Source of the DNA: Myxococcota bacterium
GTDB lineage: Bacteria > Myxococcota_A > UBA9160 > UBA6930
Reading direction: 5' to 3'
DNA: 64,000 nucleotides
Assembly (NCBI GenBank): GCA_965223705.1
Contig: OZ245015.1
Coordinates: 1,088,001 to 1,152,000 of the forward strand
The translations under genes were made by a program, and so were the position numbers. Positions within the stretch are counted from its first letter, which is position 1; each line of letters opens with the position of its first letter. Shown here piece after piece: positions 49,558 through 59,681 of the stretch. Under the pieces are notes generated by a model. That model was not told the origin of the DNA. It saw only the letters and a list, made by a program, of their open reading frames with translations, and did no database searches.

Positions 49558-50692
49558 GTGAGTGAGAAGCAAGTGATAGATGGGGCGATCCTCACCGAGC
49601 GCCTTCGCGATGTCGAGCGGCGGTTCATCGAATTTCGGGGGCGGCTTTGACGAGGCGGCGCTCACAGCGCGCCGCGACGCCCTCGAGACGGAGAGCGCCG
49701 CTCCCGATCTGTGGGAGGACCGCGAACGCGCCGAAGCCCTGCTGCGAGAAAAGCGCGGCGTCGAGCGCGAACTCGAGTTTCTGACCCGCCTGGCGGAGCT
49801 CGTCGAGGAAGCGGAAGTTCTTCTCGAGCTCGCCGAAGAAGCGGAAGACGACGACGCGCGAGCCGAGGCTGCGGACAGGCTGCAGGCTGCGGACGAGACC
49901 CTGGCCGATGCTGAGCTCCAACAACTCTTGGGCGGCGAGCACGACGCGAACAACGCCATCGTTTCGATCAATTCAGGCGCCGGTGGCACCGACGCGGCGG
50001 ACTGGGCCGACATGCTCTTGCGGATGTACCTCCGCTGGGCCGAGCGCCGCGGTTTCAAGAGCGAGATTCTCGATATACAGGCCGGCGAAGAAGCGGGCCT
50101 CCGCTCGGTGACCGTGACGATTTCCGGCGACTACGCGTTCGGCTATTTGAAAACCGAGGAGGGCGTGCACCGATTGGTTCGTATCTCGCCCTTCGACGCC
50201 CAGCATCGACGCCACACCGCCTTCGCGAGTGTCGCGGTATTCCCCGAAATCGATGATTCCATCGAAGTCGAGATCGAGGAAAAGGATTTGCGAATCGACA
50301 CGTACCGCGCCAGCGGTGCGGGCGGACAGCACGTGAACAAGACCGACTCCGCTGTTCGCATGACGCACTTGCCGACCGGGATCGTCGTCCAGTGCCAGAG
50401 CGAGCGATCCCAGCACAAGAATCGCTCCCAGGCGATGCGCGTCTTGCGCGCCCGTCTCTACGAGCACGCCCGCCTCGAACAAGAGGAAAAGCTCGCCGCG
50501 ATGCGTGGGGACAAACAAGAGATCGGCTTCGGAAGCCAGATCCGTTCCTATACCCTCCATCCCGCGCAGCGTGTGAAAGACCACCGAACGTCCGTCGAAA
50601 TGGGGAACACCGAGGGCGTGCTCGACGGCGACCTCGATCGCTTTATCCGAGCGGCCTTGTTGCAGAAGAAGCCCGCCGAGGCGGAGGCATGA
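49558..50692 (+). CDS. prfB: Peptide chain release factor 2 with +1 programmed frameshift at 49645-49651
   Basis: Short ORF ending CGG GGG CGG CTT TGA C, then the +1 frame with SPF and GGQ motifs; start is GTG 49558 or 49573. Confidence 0.96.
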
Positions 50693-50714
50693 CGGAAACT
50701 CGAGAGGAGGCTCC

Positions 50715-52193
50715 GTGAGCGAGCAAGAACAAGAGGTACGTCGCGGCAGGCTCCATGCCCTGCGCAAAGCCGGAATCGATCCGTTTCCCGCGCGCGTCGA
50801 GCCCTTCGATGCGGTCTCGGCGGTGCGGGCGGCTCACGACGCCAAGGACGAGGAGACCCTCGACAAGGAGGCACCGGCAGCGGCGGTCGCGGGAAGGATC
50901 CGCGCCAAGCGGTCCTTCGGCAAGTTGCTCTTCCTCGAAATCGAAGAAGCCGGCGTGCGCATCCAGCTCTCCGCGCGCAAAGGCGAAACACCGGACGACG
51001 TGTTCTCGGGGCTCAAAGAACAAGACATCGGCGATTTCATCCGGGTGGCGGGCACGGTGTGGCGCACGAAGAAGGGCGAGCTCACGATCGCCGCGAACGA
51101 CTCGACGCTGCTCGCGAAGAGCCTGCGCCCGCTGCCGGAAAAATGGCACGGACTCTCCGACGTCGAAGCTCGTTTTCGGCAGCGCTACCTCGACCTCATG
51201 GCCAACCCACGGGCGCGCGAAATCTCGATCCTGCGCAGCCGGGCGGTGAGTGCGATGCGAAGTTTTCTCGACGAGCGCGAGTTTCTGGAAGTGGAGACGC
51301 CGGTTCTTCAGCCCTTGTACGGAGGGGCCGCCGCGAGGCCCTTCGTGACACACCACAACACGCTCGACCAGCAGCTCTACCTGCGGATTTCCGACGAGCT
51401 GTATTTGAAGCGTCTCATTGTCGGCGGGCTCGACCGCGTCTATGAGATCGGCCACAACTTTCGCAACGAGGGCATGTCGCGAAAGCACAATCCAGAGTTC
51501 ACCATGATGGAGTGCTACCAGGCGTACGCGGACTACCGCGACATGATGGATCTGACGGAAGCTCTGGTACAGCACGTCGCGACGAAAGCGCTCGGCCGGC
51601 TCGACCTCGAGTACCAGGGGGCTTCGATCGATCTGTCCGGCACCTGGCCCCGCGTCTCGATGCGCGACGCGATCGCGGAAGCCACGGGAGTCGACATCTA
51701 TCCGGTCGACGATCTCGGTGCGTTGCGCGACGCGATCGCCGCCGCGAACGAGCCCCCCGTCGAAGCGCCGACCTGGGCCAAGGCGGTGGATGAGCTGTTC
51801 AGTCGCGCGGTCGAGCCCAATCTGATCCAGCCGACGTTCATCACGGATTACCCCGCGGCGCTCTCGCCCCTGGCGAAGCGCAATGCGGCGGATCCCGAGC
51901 TCGTCGAGCGCTTCGAACTCTTCCTCGGCGGTTTCGAACTCGCGAACGCGTTCAGCGAACTCAACGACCCCGACGACCAGCGCCAGCGGTTTGAGGACCA
52001 GCGTCGCGCGGCGGCGACCGGGGACGACGAGGCACATCCCATGGATGAAGACTATCTGGCGGCGCTCGAATACGGCATGCCTCCCACCGGCGGCCTCGGC
52101 ATCGGCGTCGATCGGCTGGTGATGGTGCTCGCCGACGCGGCCAATCTCCGCGAGGTGATCTTGTTCCCGCACCTCCGCCCCGAAGCGTCCTAG
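50715..52193 (+). CDS. lysS: Lysine-tRNA ligase (class II)
   Basis: [50 protein letters not shown]. Confidence 0.97.
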   Translation: MSEQEQEVRRGRLHALRKAGIDPFPARVEPFDAVSAVRAAHDAKDEETLDKEAPAAAVAGRIRAKRSFGKLLFLEIEEAGVRIQLSARKGETPDDVFSGLKEQDIGDFIRVAGTVWRTKKGELTIAANDSTLLAKSLRPLPEKWHGLSDVEARFRQRYLDLMANPRAREISILRSRAVSAMRSFLDEREFLEVETPVLQPLYGGAAARPFVTHHNTLDQQLYLRISDELYLKRLIVGGLDRVYEIGHNFRNEGMSRKHNPEFTMMECYQAYADYRDMMDLTEALVQHVATKALGRLDLEYQGASIDLSGTWPRVSMRDAIAEATGVDIYPVDDLGALRDAIAAANEPPVEAPTWAKAVDELFSRAVEPNLIQPTFITDYPAALSPLAKRNAADPELVERFELFLGGFELANAFSELNDPDDQRQRFEDQRRAAATGDDEAHPMDEDYLAALEYGMPPTGGLGIGVDRLVMVLADAANLREVILFPHLRPEAS

Positions 52194-52214
52194 TCGGCGA
52201 GCGAAGGAGGGCTC

Positions 52215-54170
52215 GTGGAGCAGCTTCTCGAGGTTTTGTCCGGCGCGGGTGGCGGTCTCGCACTGGCGTTCATCGTCGGGATCATCGTCGGCATCGCGAC
52301 GCTCGTACTACTCTTCATCGGCTCCGCGGTCGTCGTGTTGGAGCACTTCGCGCGCGCGACGCGCAGCGTTCCGCGCTTGCTGCTCGTGACCTTGGTGTGG
52401 GCACTCCTCCTCACTCCGCTTCTCTTCGATTTGTTGTTTCAATCGATGGCCGGGGCGCCGCTCGCCGAGCGGCTACCCGTGCTCGCGCGGGCCGCGCTGA
52501 TGATGCTCCTCCTCGTTCTCCTCGCCGAGTGCTGCGTCGGACTCCTTCTGCGGTTTATCCGGGGCGAGCTTCTCGGGCGGATCGTTTTGTGGAGCCTGGC
52601 GGTGGGCTACGCGCTCGTTGTCGGCGGCATCGGTCGCCCTTGGCTCTCAGCGGTCCCGGCCGCGGTGATGCTGCTCGCGCTTCTCTGGTTGCGCCGCCGC
52701 CGCGGCATGTCGCGCTTTCTGGCCGCGTGTTGGATCGCGGCCGTTGTCCTTTCGCTGGGCATTCCCTTGGCGGCGACCGGCGGCTCACCGGTCGCTGCCG
52801 AAACGGGCTTGCTCGTGATCGGGTTGGTCGCCGCCGCGATCGGGCTCGGCCTGGTCCCGCTGGCCGCGGCGGGTTTTCTCGAGTCTCGGGGCGGTTACGA
52901 GTGGTTCATCGCAACGCGTTACTTGTTCGCGAAGAGGCGTCAGACGTTTATCTCCGTGATCACCGCGATCTGCGTCGCCGGAGTTGCGGCCGGCGTCTGG
53001 CTCATCGTCACCGTGTTGTCGGTGATGAACGGTTTTGAGCGGACCTGGCGGGAAGAAATCATCGGGAACCGAGCGCACTTCACGGTGCACAGTCCGTTGG
53101 GATCGATCAATGACTACTCCCAGGCGCTCAGCACCCTCGACGCCGTCGAAGGCGTGATTGGCGCGTCGCCGTACGTCGACGCCGAAGGCATGGTGCGCGG
53201 CAGCGCCGGCGAGATCATTGGCGTGCGCGTTCGGGGCATCGACCCCGAACGCATCGCGACCGTGACCGATCTCGCGTCGGATCTCGTCGAGGGCTCCGAG
53301 GGCGCGCTCGATCAGCTAGCGCCCTCGCTCGGCGACTTCGACGAGGGCCTCGACCCGCCACTGCTCGTGGGCAGTCAGCTGGCTTCCTCCCTGGGGCTTC
53401 TCGTCGGCGATCCGATTCTGATCGTCGTCCCGTTCGGTGGCCCCGCGACGCCCTTCGGGCCAGGTCCGCGATTGAAGCGCTTTCGACTGGCCGGGATTTT
53501 TCAGTCGAGCTTCTTTCAGTACGACGAGATCTACACGTATACGAGTTTGGCGGCGGCTCAGGATTTCCGAAGGCTCGGCGATGTCGCGAGTGGCATCGAA
53601 GTGCGCACGACGGATTTCTACCGTTCGAGACAAGTCGCCGAAGAAGCCGAAGCGGCGCTCGACTTCCGCTACTACACCCGGGACTGGAAGGAGTTCTTTC
53701 CCGCTTTCTTCCAGGCCTTGAAGACCGAACGCGTCATGATGTTCGTGTTGCTCACGATGATCATGGTGGTGGCGGCCTTCGCGATCGTCGTCACGCTCAT
53801 CATGATGATCATGGAGAAGTCGAGCGACATCGCGATTCTCAAGACCATGGGCGCGACCGACGATTCCGTCGAGCGGATCTTCGCGATCGAAGGAACCTTG
53901 ATCGGGTTGCTGGGCACGGTTCTCGGGGTCATCGCCGGGATCGCCGTGACGACGCAGCTCGGCTGGGTCCAACAGCAAATCGAAGGGCTCACGGGTATCG
54001 ATACGCTTCCCGCGTCGATCTACCAGTTCTCGACGCTGCCGTGGGAACTCGATGCCGGACAAATCGCCATCGTGGCAACCATCGCGATGGTGCTTTCGCT
54101 CGGAGCGACGCTGCTCCCCAGCCGCCACGGTGCACGCCTCGCACCCGCGGAAGCGCTTCGGTACGAGTAG
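52215..54170 (+). CDS. Lipoprotein-releasing ABC permease LolC/E with a long hydrophobic N-terminal extension
   Basis: FIATRYL...SVMNGF, VAAFAIV...EKSSDIAILKTMGA, PAEALRYE; upstream of lolD. Confidence 0.88.
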   Translation: MEQLLEVLSGAGGGLALAFIVGIIVGIATLVLLFIGSAVVVLEHFARATRSVPRLLLVTLVWALLLTPLLFDLLFQSMAGAPLAERLPVLARAALMMLLLVLLAECCVGLLLRFIRGELLGRIVLWSLAVGYALVVGGIGRPWLSAVPAAVMLLALLWLRRRRGMSRFLAACWIAAVVLSLGIPLAATGGSPVAAETGLLVIGLVAAAIGLGLVPLAAAGFLESRGGYEWFIATRYLFAKRRQTFISVITAICVAGVAAGVWLIVTVLSVMNGFERTWREEIIGNRAHFTVHSPLGSINDYSQALSTLDAVEGVIGASPYVDAEGMVRGSAGEIIGVRVRGIDPERIATVTDLASDLVEGSEGALDQLAPSLGDFDEGLDPPLLVGSQLASSLGLLVGDPILIVVPFGGPATPFGPGPRLKRFRLAGIFQSSFFQYDEIYTYTSLAAAQDFRRLGDVASGIEVRTTDFYRSRQVAEEAEAALDFRYYTRDWKEFFPAFFQALKTERVMMFVLLTMIMVVAAFAIVVTLIMMIMEKSSDIAILKTMGATDDSVERIFAIEGTLIGLLGTVLGVIAGIAVTTQLGWVQQQIEGLTGIDTLPASIYQFSTLPWELDAGQIAIVATIAMVLSLGATLLPSRHGARLAPAEALRYE

Positions 54171-54175
54171 CGGTC

Positions 54176-54901
54176 GTGGGAAACGAGCCGATCCTCGAGG
54201 CGCGGAGCCTCCACAAGTCGTTTCGAACCGAAACGGCGGAGATTCACGTCTTGCGGGAGGTCGACTTGGCGCTCGAGCCGGGAGAGCGGCTCGCGATTCT
54301 CGGCCAGTCCGGGGTCGGCAAGTCGACCCTGCTCCACGTCCTCGGAGGACTCGATCTGCCGACGAGCGGCGAAGTCCGTTTTCGTGGTCGCGATCTGTCG
54401 ACGTTCGACCCCGTGGAACTCGCGGCGTTTCGCAATCGGTCCCTGGGGTTCGTGTTCCAGTTTCACCATCTGTTGCCCGAATTTTCGGCGCAGGAGAATG
54501 TGATGCTTCCGGGGCTCATCGCCGGTGAAACCCGTCGTGCCATGGCCCCGCGCGCGGCGGCGGTGCTCGACGAAGTCGGCCTTTCGGACCGAGCGAATCA
54601 CCGCGTCGGGAAGCTCTCGGGTGGCGAACGCCAACGCGTGGCCGTGGCGCGGGCACTCGTGCTCGGGCCCGAAATTGTGTTGGCCGACGAGCCGACCGGG
54701 AACCTCGATCCCGAGACCGGTGAGCGCGTGGCCGAGCTGCTTCTCGACTTGAATCGCAAGCGGGGAGCGGCGCTCGTCGTGGTCACACACAGCGAGCGAC
54801 TGGCCGAGCGGCTCGGCCGGCGGATCGTCCTGACAGACGGAGGCGCATTCGATTCCGTCGACCCCACGGGGGCGCCGCCGGTTTCGCAGCTGAGTCGATA
54901 A
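54176..54901 (+). CDS. lolD: Lipoprotein-releasing ABC ATP-binding protein
   Basis: GQSGVGKST, GFVFQFHHLL, LSGGERQR, ADEPTGNLD. Confidence 0.92.
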   Translation: MGNEPILEARSLHKSFRTETAEIHVLREVDLALEPGERLAILGQSGVGKSTLLHVLGGLDLPTSGEVRFRGRDLSTFDPVELAAFRNRSLGFVFQFHHLLPEFSAQENVMLPGLIAGETRRAMAPRAAAVLDEVGLSDRANHRVGKLSGGERQRVAVARALVLGPEIVLADEPTGNLDPETGERVAELLLDLNRKRGAALVVVTHSERLAERLGRRIVLTDGGAFDSVDPTGAPPVSQLSR

Positions 54902-54940
54902 CTCGCCGTTTTTTAAGCCTTTTCGTTGTTCGCGGGGAGC

Positions 54941-54969
54941 TTGCCTGGAATCCACCCCGCAATTACAAT
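54941..54969 (+). promoter_or_regulatory. Putative sigma70 promoter of bamA
   Basis: TTGCCT-17 nt-TACAAT, preceded by a T-rich tract. Confidence 0.6.
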
Positions 54970-55041
54970 CCGAAGCTCGGCTCGCGCGCGGTACCCCAAC
55001 CGTTCAAAAGCCCAACGCCCACGCGTGCCGCCGAGGGATTC

Positions 55042-58000
55042 ATGCATCTCCGTCCCAACCCCGCCCACGTCCTTCGACGCCTCGTTTGTTGCGTTGTACT
55101 GGCCCTGTCGCTGGCCGGATCAGCGGCCCACGGGCAGGTTTCCGCAGCGGCGGGAGGCGGCGCATCGGACGGCGAAGCGGAACCCATTCGCGTGCTCGTC
55201 GCCGTGTTGCCGTTCCGAGTCTACGCGTCCGAGCCCCGCGCCGATCTGGAGACTTCGCTGACGGAGCTCCTCGTATCGCGTCTCGAGGCGACGGGCGGCG
55301 TCGACGTCGTTCAGTCCGTGACACTGCGCGAGTACTCCGTCGGAGACGGCGCGCTGGCATCCGATGCATCGCTCCGCACCTTGGCGCGCGACGTGGGCGC
55401 CGACTATGTCGTCGCCGGGAGCCTCACCGAGCTCGCGGGGCGATTCAGTATCGACGTGCGCATCACGCCGGTCGGAGAAGCCGTTCCGAGCGATACCGTG
55501 GCCCTCACCGCTGAGGGCGAAGATCAACTGCTCGACCGGGTCGGCGAACTTTCGGACCTGGTCCTCGACCGGATGGGCGTCGCGCCGCCGGAAGAGCGGA
55601 TTGCCGCGGTTCGATTTGAGGGCGTACCGGAGCAGCCGGGCATGCGCGCGCTGATCGAACTCGGGCGCGACGACGTGTACGACCGCGATCTGGCGCGCGC
55701 CGACGCGGATCGGCTGGCCGAGATCCCCGGAGTAGCCAGCACGAGCTTCCGCACGGAGCGAAGTGACGCGGGGCTCGTGTTGGTCTATCGCATCATTCCC
55801 GAGACCGAGCTCCCGCCGGACACGACCCTGCGCGCAGGTGACGAGACGGATCGCGTGGGTCGCGTCGAAGTGACCGGAAATCGTCGTATCGAATCGAGCG
55901 CGATCCTCGCGCGTCTCGACACGCAGCCGGGTGCTGTGTACGACAGTCGCAACATCGCGGCGGACGTCCGGTCGATCTTCGAGCTCGGTTTCTTCCGGGA
56001 CGTGAAAGTGAGTTCCGAAGAAAGCCTCGACGGGCGAGTGATCACCTTCGCCGTCGAAGAGCTCCCAGTGGTGCGCCAGGTGTCGGTGACCGGCAACGAC
56101 TCGATCGACGGCGACGAGATCCGCGATGCCCTGACGCTCACGACGGGCTCGAGCCTCGATCACCCGGTCTTGATCGAGAACCGCGACCGCATCTCCTCGC
56201 TCTACCGTTCGGGCGGCTACTACCTGGCGACCGTCGACTACCAAATCGAAGAGCTCGCCCAGGACGCCGTCGGTATCAATTTCGAGATCGTCGAAGGGAA
56301 GAAGCTCAAGCTGCGCGAAATCCGCTTCGAAGGGAATGAGCACTTCGACTCGGACGAGCTCCAGCTCGGTTTGAAGACGCGACCCTGGCGTTGGCACTCA
56401 CTCGCGACCCAATACCTGGACCACGCCGGCACTTACGCCGAGCCGGTATTTATCCAGGATCTGCAGAACGTCACCGATCGCTATCAGAACGCGGGCTTCC
56501 TCAAGGTGGAAGTCGGCGAGCCCGAGGTGGAGCCCACCGAAGAAGGCCTCACGGCGGTCGTCAAGATCACGGAAGGCAGCCGCTACTCCGTCGGCGAAGT
56601 CGACGTTCAAGGCGATGAGACGATGGATCTCGACGCCCTGCGCGAGATCATCGGACTGGAAGAAGGCGAGTTCTTCAATCGCGGCATGCTGACCGGCGAC
56701 GTCGAGCGGCTCGAGCGCCACTACACCGACCGCGGCTTCTACTTCGCGAAGGTCGAGCCCGAGACCGAGCTGTCCGAGGATGATCTCACGGTCAACGTGA
56801 ACTTCTCCGTCGAAAAAGGACCGCTTTACTTTATTCGGCGCGTCGATATCGCGGGTAACACCATTACGCACGACCCGATCATCCGCCGCGAAATCGCCGT
56901 CGTTGAAGGCCAGCTCTACTCGGCGCGCTCCGTCGCGATCAGTCGGGCTCGCGTTCGCCGCCTCGGGTACTTCGAGGAAGTGAACTTCGAACCGCGCCAA
57001 ACGGACGAGGCCGACCAGCTCGACCTGGGCGTCCGCGTCGTGGAGCGCCCGACGGGTTCGCTCTCCTTCGGCGCCGGGTTCTCGTCACAGGACAGTTTCG
57101 TCTTGAACGGGAGCGTCGCTCAGTCGAATCTATTCGGAAAAGGCTACGGAGCCTCCCTGTCCGCAGATCTCGGAAGTCGGACGGACCGCTTCTTCCTCTC
57201 GTTCACGGATCCCTACTTCCTCGGATCGACGTTCAGCCTGACGTCCCGCATCTTCAGCACTGATATCGAGTTCTCCGACTTCAAGCAGGAATCAAAGGGT
57301 CTCGAATTTACCTTCGGCCACGCACTGAACGACGCGAAGAACGCGCGGGGCTTCTTGCGTTACTCGTATACGAGCCGCGATGTCGACATCGACAACAACT
57401 TCGCGAGCGCAGCCGTGCTCCTTCGAGAGATCTTCACCGACGATCAGGACACGAGCATGGTCGGGCTGATCTACAGCTCCGATACGCGGAACGACCGTAT
57501 CTCGCCGACACGCGGGCGGATCTTGCGGGGTTCGCTCGAGTTCGCCGGGCTCGGCGGCTTTTCGAAGTTTCTGCGCACCGAGGCGACCGCCGTCTACTTC
57601 CGCCGTCTCCCCGGTTGGGTGCCGGCCTGGTTCCCGCTCCGCGATCGCTCATCGATCAGCTTCGGCGCGAGTTTCGGTTGGGTGAACCCGTTCAATGACA
57701 TCTCGGACTTCGATTTCGAGGTGACCGATATCGACACGAACCCCGACGTGGAAGTGCAGCCGTTGGGTCAAATCGATACGGACGCCGAAGTTCCGCTCTC
57801 GGAACGCTATTTCCTCGGCGGTATCGGTCGGCGGGGATTGCGCGGTTTCAAAAATCGATCGGTCGGTCCGCGACGGGCAATCGTCGTCCCGGACGTGTTG
57901 GGAGGCTCGGGCCTGTACGCACCCATTGGCTATGACACGGGGACCCAAGCATGCGCTACTCCCGACGTCCCCTTCTTCGGCGGTAACGGCAACGGCGCGT

Positions 58001-58338
58001 GCAACAGCTTGAGCGATAAAGACATCGACGATTTCGACGATATCGACGAGACGGAAGTTATTGGCGGGAACAAGTTCGTTTCGGTCAAAACGGAATATCG
58101 GTTCCCGATCTCCGAGGCGCTCGGGCTCGTCGGAATTTTCTTTTTCGACGCTGGTAACGCGTTCGACGAGGACCAGAACATCTGGGACTTCGACGAGTGG
58201 CGGTTCGGGACCGGTTTCGGTGGCTTGTGGTTTTCTCCGTTCGGTCCGATCGAGGCGTATCTGGGGTTTCCCCTGGACGCCCTCGAAGACGAGGACGGAA
58301 GCGTATTCGAGTTTTCAGTGGGAGGGGCGCAATTTTGA
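55042..58338 (+). CDS. bamA: Outer membrane protein assembly factor BamA with extra N-terminal domain(s), 1098 aa
   Basis: POTRA repeats, ERPTGSLSFGAGFS, NLFGKG, FTDPYF, LRGF, SPFGP, C-terminal F. Confidence 0.93.
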   Translation: MHLRPNPAHVLRRLVCCVVLALSLAGSAAHGQVSAAAGGGASDGEAEPIRVLVAVLPFRVYASEPRADLETSLTELLVSRLEATGGVDVVQSVTLREYSVGDGALASDASLRTLARDVGADYVVAGSLTELAGRFSIDVRITPVGEAVPSDTVALTAEGEDQLLDRVGELSDLVLDRMGVAPPEERIAAVRFEGVPEQPGMRALIELGRDDVYDRDLARADADRLAEIPGVASTSFRTERSDAGLVLVYRIIPETELPPDTTLRAGDETDRVGRVEVTGNRRIESSAILARLDTQPGAVYDSRNIAADVRSIFELGFFRDVKVSSEESLDGRVITFAVEELPVVRQVSVTGNDSIDGDEIRDALTLTTGSSLDHPVLIENRDRISSLYRSGGYYLATVDYQIEELAQDAVGINFEIVEGKKLKLREIRFEGNEHFDSDELQLGLKTRPWRWHSLATQYLDHAGTYAEPVFIQDLQNVTDRYQNAGFLKVEVGEPEVEPTEEGLTAVVKITEGSRYSVGEVDVQGDETMDLDALREIIGLEEGEFFNRGMLTGDVERLERHYTDRGFYFAKVEPETELSEDDLTVNVNFSVEKGPLYFIRRVDIAGNTITHDPIIRREIAVVEGQLYSARSVAISRARVRRLGYFEEVNFEPRQTDEADQLDLGVRVVERPTGSLSFGAGFSSQDSFVLNGSVAQSNLFGKGYGASLSADLGSRTDRFFLSFTDPYFLGSTFSLTSRIFSTDIEFSDFKQESKGLEFTFGHALNDAKNARGFLRYSYTSRDVDIDNNFASAAVLLREIFTDDQDTSMVGLIYSSDTRNDRISPTRGRILRGSLEFAGLGGFSKFLRTEATAVYFRRLPGWVPAWFPLRDRSSISFGASFGWVNPFNDISDFDFEVTDIDTNPDVEVQPLGQIDTDAEVPLSERYFLGGIGRRGLRGFKNRSVGPRRAIVVPDVLGGSGLYAPIGYDTGTQACATPDVPFFGGNGNGACNSLSDKDIDDFDDIDETEVIGGNKFVSVKTEYRFPISEALGLVGIFFFDAGNAFDEDQNIWDFDEWRFGTGFGGLWFSPFGPIEAYLGFPLDALEDEDGSVFEFSVGGAQF

Positions 58339-58367
58339 CGCACGGAAGTGCAGAGAGGACAGCAGCA

Positions 58368-58892
58368 ATGCAGCGAAGCGCTCGCATGATTTTCGTGGCC
58401 TGCCTGGTCGGTTTGGTCTCTTGGTCGATTGCCGCGCAGGACAGCGCGGTCAAGATCGGCGTCGTCGACGTCGAGCAGGCGATCTTGTCGACGCAGGAGG
58501 GCAAAGCCGCGCGCGAGGAGTTCAAGCGCAAGGAACAGAAGGCCCAGCAAGAAGTGAAGCCGATGGTCGAGCGGTTCAAGTCGCTTCAGTCGGAGATGGA
58601 AGGCAAGAAGTACGTGCTTTCCGACGAGGCGCTGTTCCAGAAGCAGACCGATCTCCTGGAGCTGAAAAACAAGATCGACAACCGCGTGAAAGAGCTGCAA
58701 GGCCAGCTGAAGATCGACCAGGGACGACTCGAGGCGCCGCTCAAAGCGAAGCTTGTCGGCGTCGTTGAAAAGGTCGGTCGCGATCGCGGCTTTACCTTGA
58801 TCCTGGCGCGCGACACACCCGGCGTCATTTATTCCCGAGAAGCCCTCGACATCACCGATGATGTCGTTTCAAGATTCAACGCGGGAGGGTAG
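58368..58892 (+). CDS. skp: Periplasmic chaperone Skp/OmpH
   Basis: Signal peptide, KIGVVD, coiled coil, DITDDVV; downstream of bamA. Confidence 0.88.
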   Translation: MQRSARMIFVACLVGLVSWSIAAQDSAVKIGVVDVEQAILSTQEGKAAREEFKRKEQKAQQEVKPMVERFKSLQSEMEGKKYVLSDEALFQKQTDLLELKNKIDNRVKELQGQLKIDQGRLEAPLKAKLVGVVEKVGRDRGFTLILARDTPGVIYSREALDITDDVVSRFNAGG

Positions 58893-58896
58893 GCAC

Positions 58897-59673
58897 CTGG
58901 CTCGCATCCATCCGTCGGCTGTGGTCGACCCCGCAGCCAAAATCGCGGACGACGTCGATATCGGCCCCTTTGTCGTGATCGGCCCCGACGTAGAACTGGC
59001 GGCGGGCGTCGAGATTCGGTCTCACGCCTTGATCACCGGCTGCACGCGTATCGGCGAGCGGACGAAGGTCTTCTCGAACGCGATCCTCGGTGAAGAACCC
59101 CAGGACAAGAGTTTCTCGGGCGAAGCGACGCGCCTCGAGATCGGCGCCGACAACGTGATCCGAGAAAACGTGTCGATCCATGTGGGTACGCCGAACGGAG
59201 GGGGTTGTACCCAGCTCGGCGACGACAACTTCGTGATGAACGGCGCACACATCGGCCATGACACGAAGCTCGGCTCGCACATCATCATCGCAAGCCAGTG
59301 CGCGATCGCGGGCCACGTGCACATCGAAGACTTCGCGGTGCTGGGTGCCTTCTGTGGTGTGCACCAGTTCGCGCGCGTGGGCGAGTCCTCGATGGTGGCG
59401 GCGATGGCGGGTCTCACCAAGGACGCGCCCCCGTACTCCCTCGTTTCGGGACACCGAGCGCATCTGTCAGGGATCAATAACGTGGGGATCCGCCGCCGCG
59501 GTTTCTCCGATGAAGTGCGCAGTGCGATCAAACACGCGTATCACCTGCTCTTCAACTCGAACCTCCGGCTGAAGCCCGCGGTGGCGCGGGTCCGCGAAGA
59601 ACTGTCCGGAGTCGCCGAGGTCGACCGGCTTCTCGCGTTTATCGAGAGCTCCGACCGCGGAATCAGTCGCTGA
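58897..59673 (+). CDS. lpxA: UDP-N-acetylglucosamine acyltransferase (probable CTG start)
   Basis: IHPSAVV hexapeptide repeats, PQDKSF, AHIGHD, VHQF; GGAGG 8 nt upstream of the CTG. Confidence 0.93.
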   Translation: MARIHPSAVVDPAAKIADDVDIGPFVVIGPDVELAAGVEIRSHALITGCTRIGERTKVFSNAILGEEPQDKSFSGEATRLEIGADNVIRENVSIHVGTPNGGGCTQLGDDNFVMNGAHIGHDTKLGSHIIIASQCAIAGHVHIEDFAVLGAFCGVHQFARVGESSMVAAMAGLTKDAPPYSLVSGHRAHLSGINNVGIRRRGFSDEVRSAIKHAYHLLFNSNLRLKPAVARVREELSGVAEVDRLLAFIESSDRGISR

Positions 59674-59681
59674 CCCGAGCT

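Noticed and set aside
49580..49648. ORF-track N-terminus MGRSSPSAF... for RF2
   Set aside because: Artefact of the +1 frameshift; the true N-terminus is in another frame.
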